A stretch of 49,214 nucleotides of DNA from Pseudobacteriovorax sp. (GCA_050293845.1 JBNKNM010000020.1:1-49214), one strand, 5' to 3'. Shown: positions 10,081 through 20,354, counted from the stretch's first letter. Numbers and translations are program-made. The notes: generated by a model from the sequence alone, not told the origin.

Positions 10081-11064
10081 ATTTACGATGATTCGTCCGT
10101 GAATTTTTCGCCCTAGTAGGTCAGTAAAAGCATCGAGTAGTCCTGCAAGAGTGGTCTCACGGGTGGCAATCTGCTCCACCTGTTGTGGCTTCCAGTCTGT
10201 TGCTAGGTGTTGCCAAATCTTGCGCCGTAAATCCATGGGACAGTTCGTTGAGCTAACGCCAAGTAAGGAAACTCCGCGGAGTATAAGAGGCATCACTGTA
10301 TTAGAAAAATTAGGGGATTGAGCTAAACCAACGACGGCAATATTACCCCTTAACTGAGTGTGTCGGACAATACCCTCAAGGGAAGCTCCGCCTAAATTAT
10401 CGATCGCTCCCCCGAATCTGACCGATTCCAATGGTCTGCTTCCCAGCTGCAATTCCTGTAGAGATAAAACCTCTTGGGCACCCAAGGATTTGAGAAACTC
10501 GTATTTATCAGGTTTCCCCGAAACAGCAATCACAGAAAATCCCATGCTGTGCAATAATTGTATAGCGAAGCAGCCCACCCCACCGCTCGCACCGGTGACA
10601 ACAACCGGCCCCATTTCAGGGCTCTGATCGTTTTGTAACAAACGGTGCAGACATAGACCAGCGGTAAAGCCAGCCGTACCGAGTATCATCGCTTCTCTTA
10701 AACTTAAACCTTCAGGGAGAGGAACCACCCAACTCGCCGGGACACGGATATACTCACTAAAACCACCGTCATGGGTTTCCCCCAAACCACAGCCTGTTAC
10801 CAGCACAGAGCTACCGATTTTGATCTTAGGGTCTTGGCTGCTAACCACAGTACCCGATACATCGACTCCAGCCACTAGGGGAAATGACTTCTGGATTTTT
10901 CCTTTTCCAGTGGCACCCAACGCGTCTTTATAATTAATACTGGAATAAGCACCTTTGATAATCACCTCTCCTGGACTCAACTGCTCCAGGGTTAGATCAT
11001 CCACCTTACTAAAAATACGACCATCTTCGTTGTAAACCCTTAGTCCTTTAAATGTATTATTCAC
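10069..11064 (-). CDS. YhdH/AcuI-family MDR oxidoreductase (acrylyl-CoA reductase-like)
   Basis: YSSINYKD, HDGGFSEY, GTAGFTA, VTGASGGVG, PLILRGVSLLG. Confidence 0.9.
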   Translation of the reverse strand: MNNTFKGLRVYNEDGRIFSKVDDLTLEQLSPGEVIIKGAYSSINYKDALGATGKGKIQKSFPLVAGVDVSGTVVSSQDPKIKIGSSVLVTGCGLGETHDGGFSEYIRVPASWVVPLPEGLSLREAMILGTAGFTAGLCLHRLLQNDQSPEMGPVVVTGASGGVGCFAIQLLHSMGFSVIAVSGKPDKYEFLKSLGAQEVLSLQELQLGSRPLESVRFGGAIDNLGGASLEGIVRHTQLRGNIAVVGLAQSPNFSNTVMPLILRGVSLLGVSSTNCPMDLRRKIWQHLATDWKPQQVEQIATRETTLAGLLDAFTDLLGRKIHGRIIVNLTK

Positions 11065-12331
11065 CGCTATCTTCCTCAGAAATTATAACGTCTTCCCCTA
11101 TCCAAAGGCTTTCCAGCTTTTCGCGAGGTTTCACCGTAAAGAGTCGATCACCGTCCACTAAAATTTCTGGTGCTCGGGGCCGACTATTGTAATTGGACGC
11201 CATGGAGGCTCCATAGGCTCCGCACCCTCTTAAGTAAAGTAAGTCACCATCCTTCACCAGGGGTAGCAGCCTGTCTTTACCAAAGAAGTCACCGGTTTCA
11301 CAAATTGGCCCGACAATATCTACTTGCTCTAGCTTTTCACCTTGGCGATATTCCTTGACTGCTAATATCTCATGATAGGAATCATAAAGACTGGGCCGCA
11401 AAATATCGTTCATGGCTCCATCTACAATGATAAATTTCTTCTGAGGTGTTTTTTTAACACCAATAACCTGCGTCACTAGGATTCCCACATTACCTACCAA
11501 AAGTCGGCCCGGTTCGATGACCAATTTTAAGCCCGTTTCTTTAATAACATCGATCAGAGTTTTGGCGTAATCTTCAACTTCTGGTGTTTCTTCTTTGCTG
11601 TAACGAATACCAAGGCCGCCACCCATATTCAATATTTTAAGAGGATGACCTTTTGCCATAACGCTATTGGCTAATCGGGACATCGCTATAGCTGCTTCTT
11701 TTATAGGCCTTAGCTCCGTTATTTGACTACCAATATGGCATGCTAATCCCACAAGTTCTAGGTTTGCCATGCCTTTGATTCTGTCTACTAGCTCCCAGAT
11801 CTCATCTTCACTAATGCCAAATTTGGTTGAAAATAGACCTGTGGCTATTTTGGGATTGGTTTTGGCATCGATGTTAGGATTAACCCTAAGGCAAATGGGA
11901 GCTTTCATCTGGTACTGGGCAGCAATCCGCTGAATATTGTTTAGCTCAAATGAGGATTCGACATTAAAAGACCCAATACCGGCCTTAAGCCCTGCTAATA
12001 TTTCCTCATCTTTTTTCCCAACCCCCGAAAATACGATGGATTCTGGCTGGACTCCAGCTCTTAAAGAGCGAGCTAGTTCCCCCCCTGAAACCAAGTCGGC
12101 CCCCAAACCATAATCAAATATGTCACGAAGTATAGAGAGGTTGCTGTTCGCCTTAACGGCAAAACAGGCTAATGTAGGATATGCAGCAAAAGCATCCTTA
12201 ATCCGCTTCAGATGGCGGCGCAAGGTCGCCCTTGAATATATATAGGCCGGTGTTCCAACTTTTGCAGCGATTTCTTTAATCGCCAGCTCTTCACAGTATG
12301 CCTCCCCATCTTTATAATGAAAAAAGTCCAT
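11057..12331 (-). CDS. lysA: Diaminopimelate decarboxylase
   Basis: FAVKANSN (PLP lysine), SGGEL, HIGSQ, GGGLG, EPGR, GPICETGD, GAYGASMASNYN. Confidence 0.98.
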   Translation of the reverse strand: MDFFHYKDGEAYCEELAIKEIAAKVGTPAYIYSRATLRRHLKRIKDAFAAYPTLACFAVKANSNLSILRDIFDYGLGADLVSGGELARSLRAGVQPESIVFSGVGKKDEEILAGLKAGIGSFNVESSFELNNIQRIAAQYQMKAPICLRVNPNIDAKTNPKIATGLFSTKFGISEDEIWELVDRIKGMANLELVGLACHIGSQITELRPIKEAAIAMSRLANSVMAKGHPLKILNMGGGLGIRYSKEETPEVEDYAKTLIDVIKETGLKLVIEPGRLLVGNVGILVTQVIGVKKTPQKKFIIVDGAMNDILRPSLYDSYHEILAVKEYRQGEKLEQVDIVGPICETGDFFGKDRLLPLVKDGDLLYLRGCGAYGASMASNYNSRPRAPEILVDGDRLFTVKPREKLESLWIGEDVIISEEDSGE

Positions 12332-12471
12332 GCACTCTCCAAACTTGCTAGGCTAAACTTATCATTTTCTCATTCGGAAGATCGCTATGATCGTAACTGT
12401 TCAGCCCGTCCCATTAAGGGGGGGATCATAACTGCTAAGGTTGAATGTGTCAAAAAAATATGGAGTGCGAT

Positions 12472-13095
12472 ATGATCTACCATATCCCAACCACACTGAT
12501 TTGTTTGTTACTGGCCATGGGCCCCTGGCAGCCAGCTTTTGGCAAAATTCTAGCCCTTGGGGACTCCCTCACGTTTGGATATGAGGTGGCTGAACAGGAT
12601 ACCTGGCCAGCTTTATTAGCTAAAAAACTAAAGAAGACCATTGTCAACGGGGGTACATCAGGGGCCACCACAGCATTTGGCATACCTACCCTGAAGTTTC
12701 ACCTGAAACGCTATAAGCCCGAGTTGGTCCTTTATGCCCTTGGAGCCAATGATGCTCTGCGGGGTATTGCACCACAAACAACGCAGAGTAATATCCGCGA
12801 AGCCCTATCGCTTTTAAGTCAAGAAAAGATTCCAGTGATCCTCTTGGGAATGAAAGCCCCTCCCAATTATGGGGAAAAATTTCCTCAGCAATTTGCCGAC
12901 ATTTATCCCCACCTCGCCAAAGAGTTTAAAATCCCCCTTTACCCCTTTCTTTTGGAAGGAGTAGCTGGGCGAAAGCTTTTAAACCAACCTGATGGTATAC
13001 ACCCCAATGAGGCTGGTTATAAGATAATTTCTGAAAACCTATATCAATTCATAAAGAAAAACTATGCAACAAAGCCCGATTCTAAAAATCAATAA
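12472..13095 (+). CDS. tesA: Periplasmic SGNH/GDSL arylesterase / acyl-CoA thioesterase I
   Basis: GDSLTFGY, GANDALRG, PPNYG, DGIHPN; signal peptide; ATG 12472 with GGAG SD. Confidence 0.9.
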   Translation: MIYHIPTTLICLLLAMGPWQPAFGKILALGDSLTFGYEVAEQDTWPALLAKKLKKTIVNGGTSGATTAFGIPTLKFHLKRYKPELVLYALGANDALRGIAPQTTQSNIREALSLLSQEKIPVILLGMKAPPNYGEKFPQQFADIYPHLAKEFKIPLYPFLLEGVAGRKLLNQPDGIHPNEAGYKIISENLYQFIKKNYATKPDSKNQ

Positions 13096-13756
13096 TCTAT
13101 CGAAGTCATACCAGCAGGGTAGCGGCTCCATCGAGATTTTACAACATTTGAACCTGAGTGTGTTACCAGGAGAAACAGTAGCCATCATTGGCGAATCTGG
13201 AAGCGGAAAATCCACTTTGCTATCATTAATTGCCGGCCTCGACTATCCCAGCTCAGGAGAGGTTTTGATTGACGGCCACTCTATTGCTGCCTTAGATGAA
13301 AAAACGCTGACCAAGTTTCGCGGGGAAAATCTGGGAATTATTTTTCAACAATTCCACCTTATGAAACATTTAACGGCTTTGCAAAACGTGCAACTCCCCC
13401 TTGATATCTTAGGATATAAAAATACCAAAAATATGGCCTTAGACGCCTTGAAACATGTAAAGCTGGATCATCGCGCCCATCACCTTCCCCATGAGCTCAG
13501 CGGTGGAGAAAACCAAAGGGTTGCCATTGCTCGCTCTTTTGTGGTGACGCCCAAACTGCTGCTAGCTGATGAACCGAGTGGGAGCCTCGATAGCGTTACT
13601 GGCAACACCGTCATGGATATTCTGTTTCAAGCCGTTAAAGAACGGCAGATGACATTAGTTCTTGTGACGCACAACTTAGAGTTAGCCAAGCGTTGCGATC
13701 ATGTTTGGGTGCTAAAGAACGGCTCCTTAATCGAAAAGGAAGATCATGCCTCTTAA
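13064..13756 (+). CDS. ybbA: ABC transporter ATP-binding protein (YbbA/LolD-like)
   Basis: Walker A GESGSGKS, LSGGE signature, LLADEPSG, VTH; sits between tesA and a YbbP-like permease. Confidence 0.85.
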   Translation: MQQSPILKINNLSKSYQQGSGSIEILQHLNLSVLPGETVAIIGESGSGKSTLLSLIAGLDYPSSGEVLIDGHSIAALDEKTLTKFRGENLGIIFQQFHLMKHLTALQNVQLPLDILGYKNTKNMALDALKHVKLDHRAHHLPHELSGGENQRVAIARSFVVTPKLLLADEPSGSLDSVTGNTVMDILFQAVKERQMTLVLVTHNLELAKRCDHVWVLKNGSLIEKEDHAS

Positions 13757-16274
13757 AGTCGTTTGGAATGAAATAGTTCAGAATAAAAAGTTCACTATGC
13801 TTTTTATCATCAACCTCATGGTCGGTCTTCTCGGTTTTTCTGTGCTCGATGGTTTCAAACGTAGCTTTGAAGAACGCTTGCAAAATGCTTCTCGCAATCT
13901 GATGACGGCCGACCTTAGTATTTCCTCACGCCGTCCATTTACAGATGAAGAAAGGAACGCTGTTAAGACTATAGCGGGAACCGGCTCGCAAGTATCGCAG
14001 CAGATTTCCCTATACTCAATGGCCGCATCATCATCGCGCACAGCTTTAGTAGAGCTAAAAGCAATCGATAACCATCACCCCTTTTATGGCACTATTACCC
14101 TATCTAATGACAAGCAGATTTCCCGCAATAGTCCACGACAGATCAATAGGGACCTAGAAATCTGGGTAGCACCTGAGGTACTGGTTCAATTCAACGTAAA
14201 AATTGGTGACACCTTAAAGCTAGGAAGCCAGAATTTCACTATTACCCACACTATAGAAGACGATACGGGCTCCAGCCTTGCAGGAATTGGCTACGCACCC
14301 AGAATATATATAGGTATCGACCACCTTCCCGCAACCCAGTTAATACGTCATGGTAGTACAGCCCGCAGAAGTATAAATATAGCCTTAGAACCAAACCTGG
14401 ACGTAGACACTATTGAGCAGGAGCTTTTTCAAAAATTTAACCATAACGTACGTGTTAGTTCCTATAAGAGCGCCGGGCAAGACAACGGTCGGATGCTGCG
14501 CTACTTAACAGATTATTTAGGTTTGGTAACTCTTGTGGCTTTATTCCTGTCTGGTATTGGTACCTATTACCTATTCAGAAGCTATATCAATGCTAAACAA
14601 AGGGAAATAGCCGTGCTTCTAACCCTAGGCCTTCCTGCGATCAGCGCTACCTTGCTGTACCTGATCCAGCTTGTCGCTTTGGGAATCCTGGCAAGTTTAC
14701 TATGTTCAGCATTTAGTCTGTTCATTTTGCCCCATGTTACCGGCTTTTTAAGTACATTTTCTCCTATTAGTCTGGAAATCACCTATACGTGGGAAACGTT
14801 TATTTCTACCATAGTACTAGGCGCGCTGACCCCCGTAGCCCTTTGCCTGCCTTTACTTCTTGAGATCGGAAATATCAAGCCTTCGCAGCTATTTCAAGAG
14901 TTTGAAAATCCAAAACTGAGTCTCTCTCGCAAACGTCTCATAGGATTTGTTCCTGCTCTTATCGCTATATTCTTCCTTTCAGTGTGGCAATCCCACTCTT
15001 ACATCGTAGGTAGTATTTTTTGTGGAACTATTTTATTGGCAAGCGCTTTAATAGCCCTACTGGGCTTGTTATGGATTCGTCTCCTACAAAAAACCAAACC
15101 GACTTCAGTGGCATGGAAAATGGTATGCCAGTACCTCAATGGACAAAAAGCCAGCACCCTATCATGCTTGCTGGCTTTATCGCTCAGCTCTCTACTGATT
15201 AACCTGATACCCCAGATTGAATCGGCTCTACTGCAGGAAATTAAAAGACCTGAAGGCGAAAAGCTGCCCAGCTTGTTTGTCTTTGATATCCAGGAAGATC
15301 AAGAGGATCTACTAAAGGCTGTTGTAGCTAAACATGGCCAATCCATCGCAGCATTATCACCTATGATTCGCGCCAGACTATCCCTCCACAATGGCAAGCC
15401 CATCGATAAGGGCGATAATGCCGCTGAGTTTACCCGTGAAGCTGAGAGGGAGCGACGGTCACGCAACCGCGGGGTGAATTTATCGTACCGAGCACAGCTG
15501 CAAAGTTCAGAGCAAATTGTAGCTGGAAAACCGTTTAGTGGTTCTTACCAAGGAGATTTTAGCGAACCAGGGGAGCTGTCCCTTGAAGCACGCTATGCTG
15601 ACCGATTAGGTTTTACCATTGGCGACGAACTTACATTTGATATTCAAGGGCTGCCTGTAGTTGGTAAAATAGTGAATCTACGCTCTGTTAAATGGAATTC
15701 CTTTCAACCTAATTTCTTTCTTCAATTTCAACCTGGATTTATCGATGATGCTCCAAAAACCTTTATCGCTGCACTCTCCGATATGAGCTTTTCACAGAAA
15801 CTTGCACTACAAAACAAGATTGTTGCACAAATGCCTAACATTTCCATAATCGATGTTTCAAAGGTTGTAGAAAAGTTAAAAGAAATCATCACTCAAATGA
15901 GTCGTATCTTAACAATCATGGCTTGGTTAAGCGTTATCGCTGGATTAGTCGTTACATTTTCCATCGCTAATCATCAAATCCAGCTGCGACTTTGGGATCT
16001 TAACCTCATGAAAATCCTGGGAGCATCTTTCACAACGGTTTATAAAATAGTATTGCTAGAATTTTTATTGCTTAGTTTATTTGCAGGGTTTTTAGGAGTA
16101 ATGGCCAGCCTCATTACCAGCTGGTTCATTACCTCCTTTGTTTTTGATGGCATTTGGAAAGTCGATTTTACGACTCCCCTCGCTGCTCTTGCCTGGATGG
16201 TTGGCTTATGCCTACTGGTAAGTTTCGCAGCATCCGCTAGGGTTCTAAACGCTAAGCCCCGACTCTATCTCTAA
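13746..16274 (+). CDS. ybbP: ABC transporter permease, two FtsX/MacB-like halves (YbbP-like)
   Basis: 842 aa with two TM blocks and periplasmic domains; PFYG, PSLFVFDIQ, PMIRARL, VKWNSFQPNF motifs. Confidence 0.85.
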   Translation: MPLKVVWNEIVQNKKFTMLFIINLMVGLLGFSVLDGFKRSFEERLQNASRNLMTADLSISSRRPFTDEERNAVKTIAGTGSQVSQQISLYSMAASSSRTALVELKAIDNHHPFYGTITLSNDKQISRNSPRQINRDLEIWVAPEVLVQFNVKIGDTLKLGSQNFTITHTIEDDTGSSLAGIGYAPRIYIGIDHLPATQLIRHGSTARRSINIALEPNLDVDTIEQELFQKFNHNVRVSSYKSAGQDNGRMLRYLTDYLGLVTLVALFLSGIGTYYLFRSYINAKQREIAVLLTLGLPAISATLLYLIQLVALGILASLLCSAFSLFILPHVTGFLSTFSPISLEITYTWETFISTIVLGALTPVALCLPLLLEIGNIKPSQLFQEFENPKLSLSRKRLIGFVPALIAIFFLSVWQSHSYIVGSIFCGTILLASALIALLGLLWIRLLQKTKPTSVAWKMVCQYLNGQKASTLSCLLALSLSSLLINLIPQIESALLQEIKRPEGEKLPSLFVFDIQEDQEDLLKAVVAKHGQSIAALSPMIRARLSLHNGKPIDKGDNAAEFTREAERERRSRNRGVNLSYRAQLQSSEQIVAGKPFSGSYQGDFSEPGELSLEARYADRLGFTIGDELTFDIQGLPVVGKIVNLRSVKWNSFQPNFFLQFQPGFIDDAPKTFIAALSDMSFSQKLALQNKIVAQMPNISIIDVSKVVEKLKEIITQMSRILTIMAWLSVIAGLVVTFSIANHQIQLRLWDLNLMKILGASFTTVYKIVLLEFLLLSLFAGFLGVMASLITSWFITSFVFDGIWKVDFTTPLAALAWMVGLCLLVSFAASARVLNAKPRLYL

Positions 16275-17295
16275 TGGCACGATGCTCTAAGTAAACATTG
16301 CTGACAGCTAATAGCAGGACTACCCCTGCTCCTGCTTGATGCAGAGACGCAACATCGACCGAGACTCTCATCAATAGGGTGGCAACTCCAAGTACAAATT
16401 GCATGATAACCGCTACTAGGAGGCTGTAGTGCATCAGCCGCTGGGTACCTTGGACTCGATTCCTTATGCCGAGAAAAGCCATCAAAACTGTAAGAGCCAG
16501 TACAGTCCAGCCTAAGGTCCGATGGACAAATTGGACCAATACTGGATTTTCGAAAAAATTTTTCCATTCCGGCTGCAGATGCAAAAGCCCCATGGGTATA
16601 AAGCTGCCATGCATATCAGGGAAAGTATTATACATAAGCCCCGCATCGAGCCCTGCAGTAAGGGCGCCATAGAAAATCTGTAAAGATAGCACCAGCAAGA
16701 ATATAATAGACAAAAATCGAAAGGAAGGCTCTTGAACCCTCAAACGCCGCCGCATAGTGAGACTTAAAAAAATCCAATGGAGGTATGCCAGAAGAAAAAA
16801 TGCTAAGCAGAGATGCGCCGCTAAGCGATACTGACTCACACGTGGTAAATCGATGAGCCCGCTTTTTACCATAAACCAACCTAGCAGACCTTGCGAGCCA
16901 CCTAAGAGCAAAGCCAAGAACAACTTACGACTGAGGCTCCCTTTGATTTTTCCCTTTATTAAAAAAAATAGATACGGTAGGAAAAACGCGAAACCAAGGA
17001 AACGCCCTAATAGCCGATGACCGTATTCCCAGTAATAAATGCTCTTAAACTTATCAAGGGTCATACCATAGTTAACTTTTTGATATTCGGGGTACAGTTT
17101 ATACTGCTCGAAAGTGTGGCTCCATTCTTGCTCACTGAGTGGAGGAATCGCTCCCATGATAGGCTGCCAGTTTACCATAGACAAGCCCGAGTTCGTCAGT
17201 CGGGTAAGCCCCCCAACAACAACCATCGAGTAAACAAGTACTATTACAAGAAAAATCCATATAGAAATCGGTTTATAAGGGCTACGATACTCCAT
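16252..17295 (-). CDS. ctaA: Heme A synthase (COX15/CtaA)
   Basis: VGGLTRLTNSGLSM, YWEYGHRLLGR, QGLLGWFMVKSGL, YRLAAHL, QFVHR, ASLHQ. ATG 17295 with AAGGAG SD. Confidence 0.95.
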   Translation of the reverse strand: MEYRSPYKPISIWIFLVIVLVYSMVVVGGLTRLTNSGLSMVNWQPIMGAIPPLSEQEWSHTFEQYKLYPEYQKVNYGMTLDKFKSIYYWEYGHRLLGRFLGFAFFLPYLFFLIKGKIKGSLSRKLFLALLLGGSQGLLGWFMVKSGLIDLPRVSQYRLAAHLCLAFFLLAYLHWIFLSLTMRRRLRVQEPSFRFLSIIFLLVLSLQIFYGALTAGLDAGLMYNTFPDMHGSFIPMGLLHLQPEWKNFFENPVLVQFVHRTLGWTVLALTVLMAFLGIRNRVQGTQRLMHYSLLVAVIMQFVLGVATLLMRVSVDVASLHQAGAGVVLLLAVSNVYLEHRAIRDRVGA

Positions 17296-17358
17296 ACACT
17301 CTCCTTTCGTTGGAAAGCTTTCTACATTGCTAAAGCCCTGAAAGTCAAACAAAGGTCT

Positions 17359-20082
17359 TCAGACAGCCATTTTTTCGAGAATCTCGCGATCAATATCGTT
17401 TAGTGTACTAGAACTATTGGCCATTTCCTTTAAAAAACGTCGTAAGATCATAGCCGCAAGGCCACGATCGAAGCTATGGTTATCAAGGCTCATGGGCACA
17501 AACATAATATTTTCGGGTAAGATAGAGGTTTCACTGAGGTTTTCAATCTCTGTGTACTCTGTGGTCATAAAAAGCACACCATCATGTCTTCTTTCATCTT
17601 CCTCCCTAACCGAAATATAATGACCTACGTAATCACCTTCCATAATCACTATGCAGGTTCTTTCCCGGAACCTTTGAGGTAATGGAGCATCCGGCTGGCA
17701 AGCGATTATATCGTACTTCCAATTACTCACTACCCGCTGGAAGAATCGCTCAACAATACCTATAATCTTATCGGGATAGCGACAAAATACCAATATAGGA
17801 AACTCATAATCTGAAAGTGGCAACGGGATATTAGACGGTAGGTTCAGTTCCAGGTTATGGACATCCTTCAAAATCAAAGAACCATACATTTTTTCCAAAC
17901 GCTGAGAGACTCTTTCCAGCGCCTGACTCATAAAAAACCCAAAGCCCACCAAATTTGTCTTTAACATAAATTCGAACCTGAAAAAGTTATGACTATCAAG
18001 TCGACGCCTTCCCACATGGGGTTTGACCTTGACTAGAATACTCCCTTGTTGTTTGCTTTGTTTTAAAATTTCTTGGATAACTTGTCTGAAAATCTCAGCA
18101 AATATCCAGCGATCACCGAATACAAAAGCCTCTTCCATCTGAAGTTTCAACTCAATTTGCGAGGTTAAAGCATTGAACTCATTAACCAAAGATTGCGTTG
18201 TTCGCTTCAAATCAAAAATAGAAAATAAATTTAATAATTCCTCTGTATTGGAGGGAATTTCGAGAACTACGGTGGCCCCGGATTTTGGTGATTGCTGGAT
18301 GATTAAGTTCCCATGCAACTGTCGAGCAGATTCTCGGATGGCATCCATTCCCAAACCTCTACCAGATATATGGGAAATTCTGTCTGTTGTTGTAAATCCA
18401 GGATGGAATAATAGTTCTAGTACTTCATGATCTTGCATTTTAGATAGACTGGCTTCTGTTGCCAAACCTGAAGCCACAGCTTTCTTTTTCACCTTATCGA
18501 AGTCCACACCCCGACCATCATCTTCAATAATGATCTGAATATTTCCGGCAACTTCATAGGATTTTATTTTTATGGTTCCAGCCTCACTTTTCCCTAATGC
18601 CCCCCTTACTTCTGGAGTTTCTATCCCGTGATCAACAGCGTTCCGTAAACAATGTACTAAAATATCATTAATCCTGGCCAAAGTTTTGCCATCAAAGTAG
18701 TGAGCATCAAGTTGCGTTTCCAGTGCAGCGACTTTTTTATGGGAGCGAACGGCTATATCATGAACCATGTTATTATAGCCTTTAATATAGTCCTTCAAGG
18801 ACAATTTATCGAAGGATGATAATGCTCGTCCAAATTCCCGCTTTATATCTTTTAGATGCCAAGGTTCAAAACTAGGATTTCTTAGTATAAAAGCGAATTG
18901 ACTGAGTAATGATCGAATCCACTGGATTCTGTATTTTAGATTTAGATCTTTTTTTCTGTCAAAGGAACTAAGAATTTCTTTTCTTAGACTGGCATAGGAA
19001 TAAATCTCTTCACTAATCGCTATCACTTTACGAGTCAGCTGTTGCAAAGCTTCATTAGAGAATTCCACCTTACCTTCTTTAAGCTCTGCCAGATAAGTCT
19101 CAACCTCGTGGGAAACATCCTCTATAGATACAAGTTTGAAAAGCTTTGAATTAGCCTTTATAGTATGGACACTCCTAAACATTCGTTCTGAAATCGTAAG
19201 AATGCTATTTGTATTACTTTCGTGACGCAATTGTTTGAGGTCTTTTTTAATCTCATCAAAAAGTTCTCGGGTTTCATCCATAAATAGTTCAAATAGGGAA
19301 TCAGAGACTTGGAGTAAGGCAAATATTTTTTCAATTTCCTGTTCCCGACGCACAGCTTGACTTTGAACCTTTTTATGCTCAGAAATATCCTGAATAATGA
19401 TACAGACACTGGTGATTTTATTTCCCGTATAATTAGGCATATAAGATAATTTCAGGCTATATTTCTTACCTAGAGAATAAATTTCAAGCTCATCAATAAA
19501 GTTACCACATGAAATTTTCCATTGGATGCTCCCCATCCCAATAACATTTGAGAAATGAAACTCTGTGTTTGTTTTCTGTACTTCCGTTAACGACGATCTA
19601 GCAATGAGGTATTCGCCCAGGCTTAATCCGTGGGGATCTTTCTTTTCAAAAATGTGAACCAGACCGACCATATTTGCCGCTACAATTCTTAGATCCTCCG
19701 CAAAGGTTAAAAAGCCCAATCCAATGCGTGAATAAAGTTCATCCTGAAATCTTAAATTATAAAGACTGTGTTCCTGTAATTTGTTTATGATTTCTGCAAC
19801 AGCGTCATCACTACTTAGCTTACTGAGGTTTATAAGCCCAAGGTCAAGTTCTCCCAATAGTTGGTAAAGCCCTCTTCTCAGCTTTTTTTCCGTTTTACGT
19901 TGCACCATACTCTCAAAAAAAACGAAAAGGGCAACACCCCAAGATGCTGTTATCAAGGAGTTCACTGCTGTGGGAAGATTCAATAGACTGAAAAAAAAGG
20001 GCAGAATTGTGAGTGAAATTCCAAAGAAGGCCCTTTTCACCCATTGATTGTTGCAAAAACGTGCGCTGCCCATTATCACCAT
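17359..20082 (-). CDS. Membrane-anchored CheA-like histidine kinase (TM-PAS-like-Hpt-HATPase plus degenerate C-terminal domains)
   Basis: Two N-terminal hydrophobic segments; Hpt FRSVHTIKAN; CheA-type HCLRNAVDHGIE, DDGRG, FHPGFTT, SGRGLGMD. No recognisable CheW domain. Confidence 0.85.
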   Translation of the reverse strand: MVIMGSARFCNNQWVKRAFFGISLTILPFFFSLLNLPTAVNSLITASWGVALFVFFESMVQRKTEKKLRRGLYQLLGELDLGLINLSKLSSDDAVAEIINKLQEHSLYNLRFQDELYSRIGLGFLTFAEDLRIVAANMVGLVHIFEKKDPHGLSLGEYLIARSSLTEVQKTNTEFHFSNVIGMGSIQWKISCGNFIDELEIYSLGKKYSLKLSYMPNYTGNKITSVCIIIQDISEHKKVQSQAVRREQEIEKIFALLQVSDSLFELFMDETRELFDEIKKDLKQLRHESNTNSILTISERMFRSVHTIKANSKLFKLVSIEDVSHEVETYLAELKEGKVEFSNEALQQLTRKVIAISEEIYSYASLRKEILSSFDRKKDLNLKYRIQWIRSLLSQFAFILRNPSFEPWHLKDIKREFGRALSSFDKLSLKDYIKGYNNMVHDIAVRSHKKVAALETQLDAHYFDGKTLARINDILVHCLRNAVDHGIETPEVRGALGKSEAGTIKIKSYEVAGNIQIIIEDDGRGVDFDKVKKKAVASGLATEASLSKMQDHEVLELLFHPGFTTTDRISHISGRGLGMDAIRESARQLHGNLIIQQSPKSGATVVLEIPSNTEELLNLFSIFDLKRTTQSLVNEFNALTSQIELKLQMEEAFVFGDRWIFAEIFRQVIQEILKQSKQQGSILVKVKPHVGRRRLDSHNFFRFEFMLKTNLVGFGFFMSQALERVSQRLEKMYGSLILKDVHNLELNLPSNIPLPLSDYEFPILVFCRYPDKIIGIVERFFQRVVSNWKYDIIACQPDAPLPQRFRERTCIVIMEGDYVGHYISVREEDERRHDGVLFMTTEYTEIENLSETSILPENIMFVPMSLDNHSFDRGLAAMILRRFLKEMANSSSTLNDIDREILEKMAV

Positions 20083-20112
20083 CGCGTAATATATCTATAA
20101 GTGCTGTTATTT

Positions 20113-20140
20113 TCTTCGGTAAATGTAAGATGTGGATTGA
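20113..20140 (-). promoter_or_regulatory. Putative sigma28/FliA-type promoter
   Basis: Minus strand TCAA-N16-ACCGAAGA, about 30 nt upstream of the CheA-like ORF start. Confidence 0.4.
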
Positions 20141-20283
20141 GAGAAAATGAATATTTACCGCGATAGGTTGATTTCAAGTTTTCGTATGTTTTTATAAATT
20201 AAGGTCCATTATTTCCTTTACCAAATTCTGTAATTGCCCCTTTTAGGTGAAGAAGGGTAAATATGAGGACAGGGCCAAGACTC

Positions 20284-20317
20284 TTGACCTTGACTTTCAA
20301 GGGACAGAGATTACCTT
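20284..20317 (+). promoter_or_regulatory. Putative sigma70 promoter with overlapping inverted repeat
   Basis: TTGACT-N16-TACCTT; dyad CCTTGA-CTT-TCAAGG (20288-20302) overlaps the -35 box. Confidence 0.4.
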
Positions 20318-20354
20318 TTAGACGGTAGAAGTAAACTGGTTGAGGAGCATAACT

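Noticed and set aside
17017..17403. 128-aa plus-strand ORF
   Set aside because: Antisense to ctaA and the end of the kinase gene; no recognisable features.
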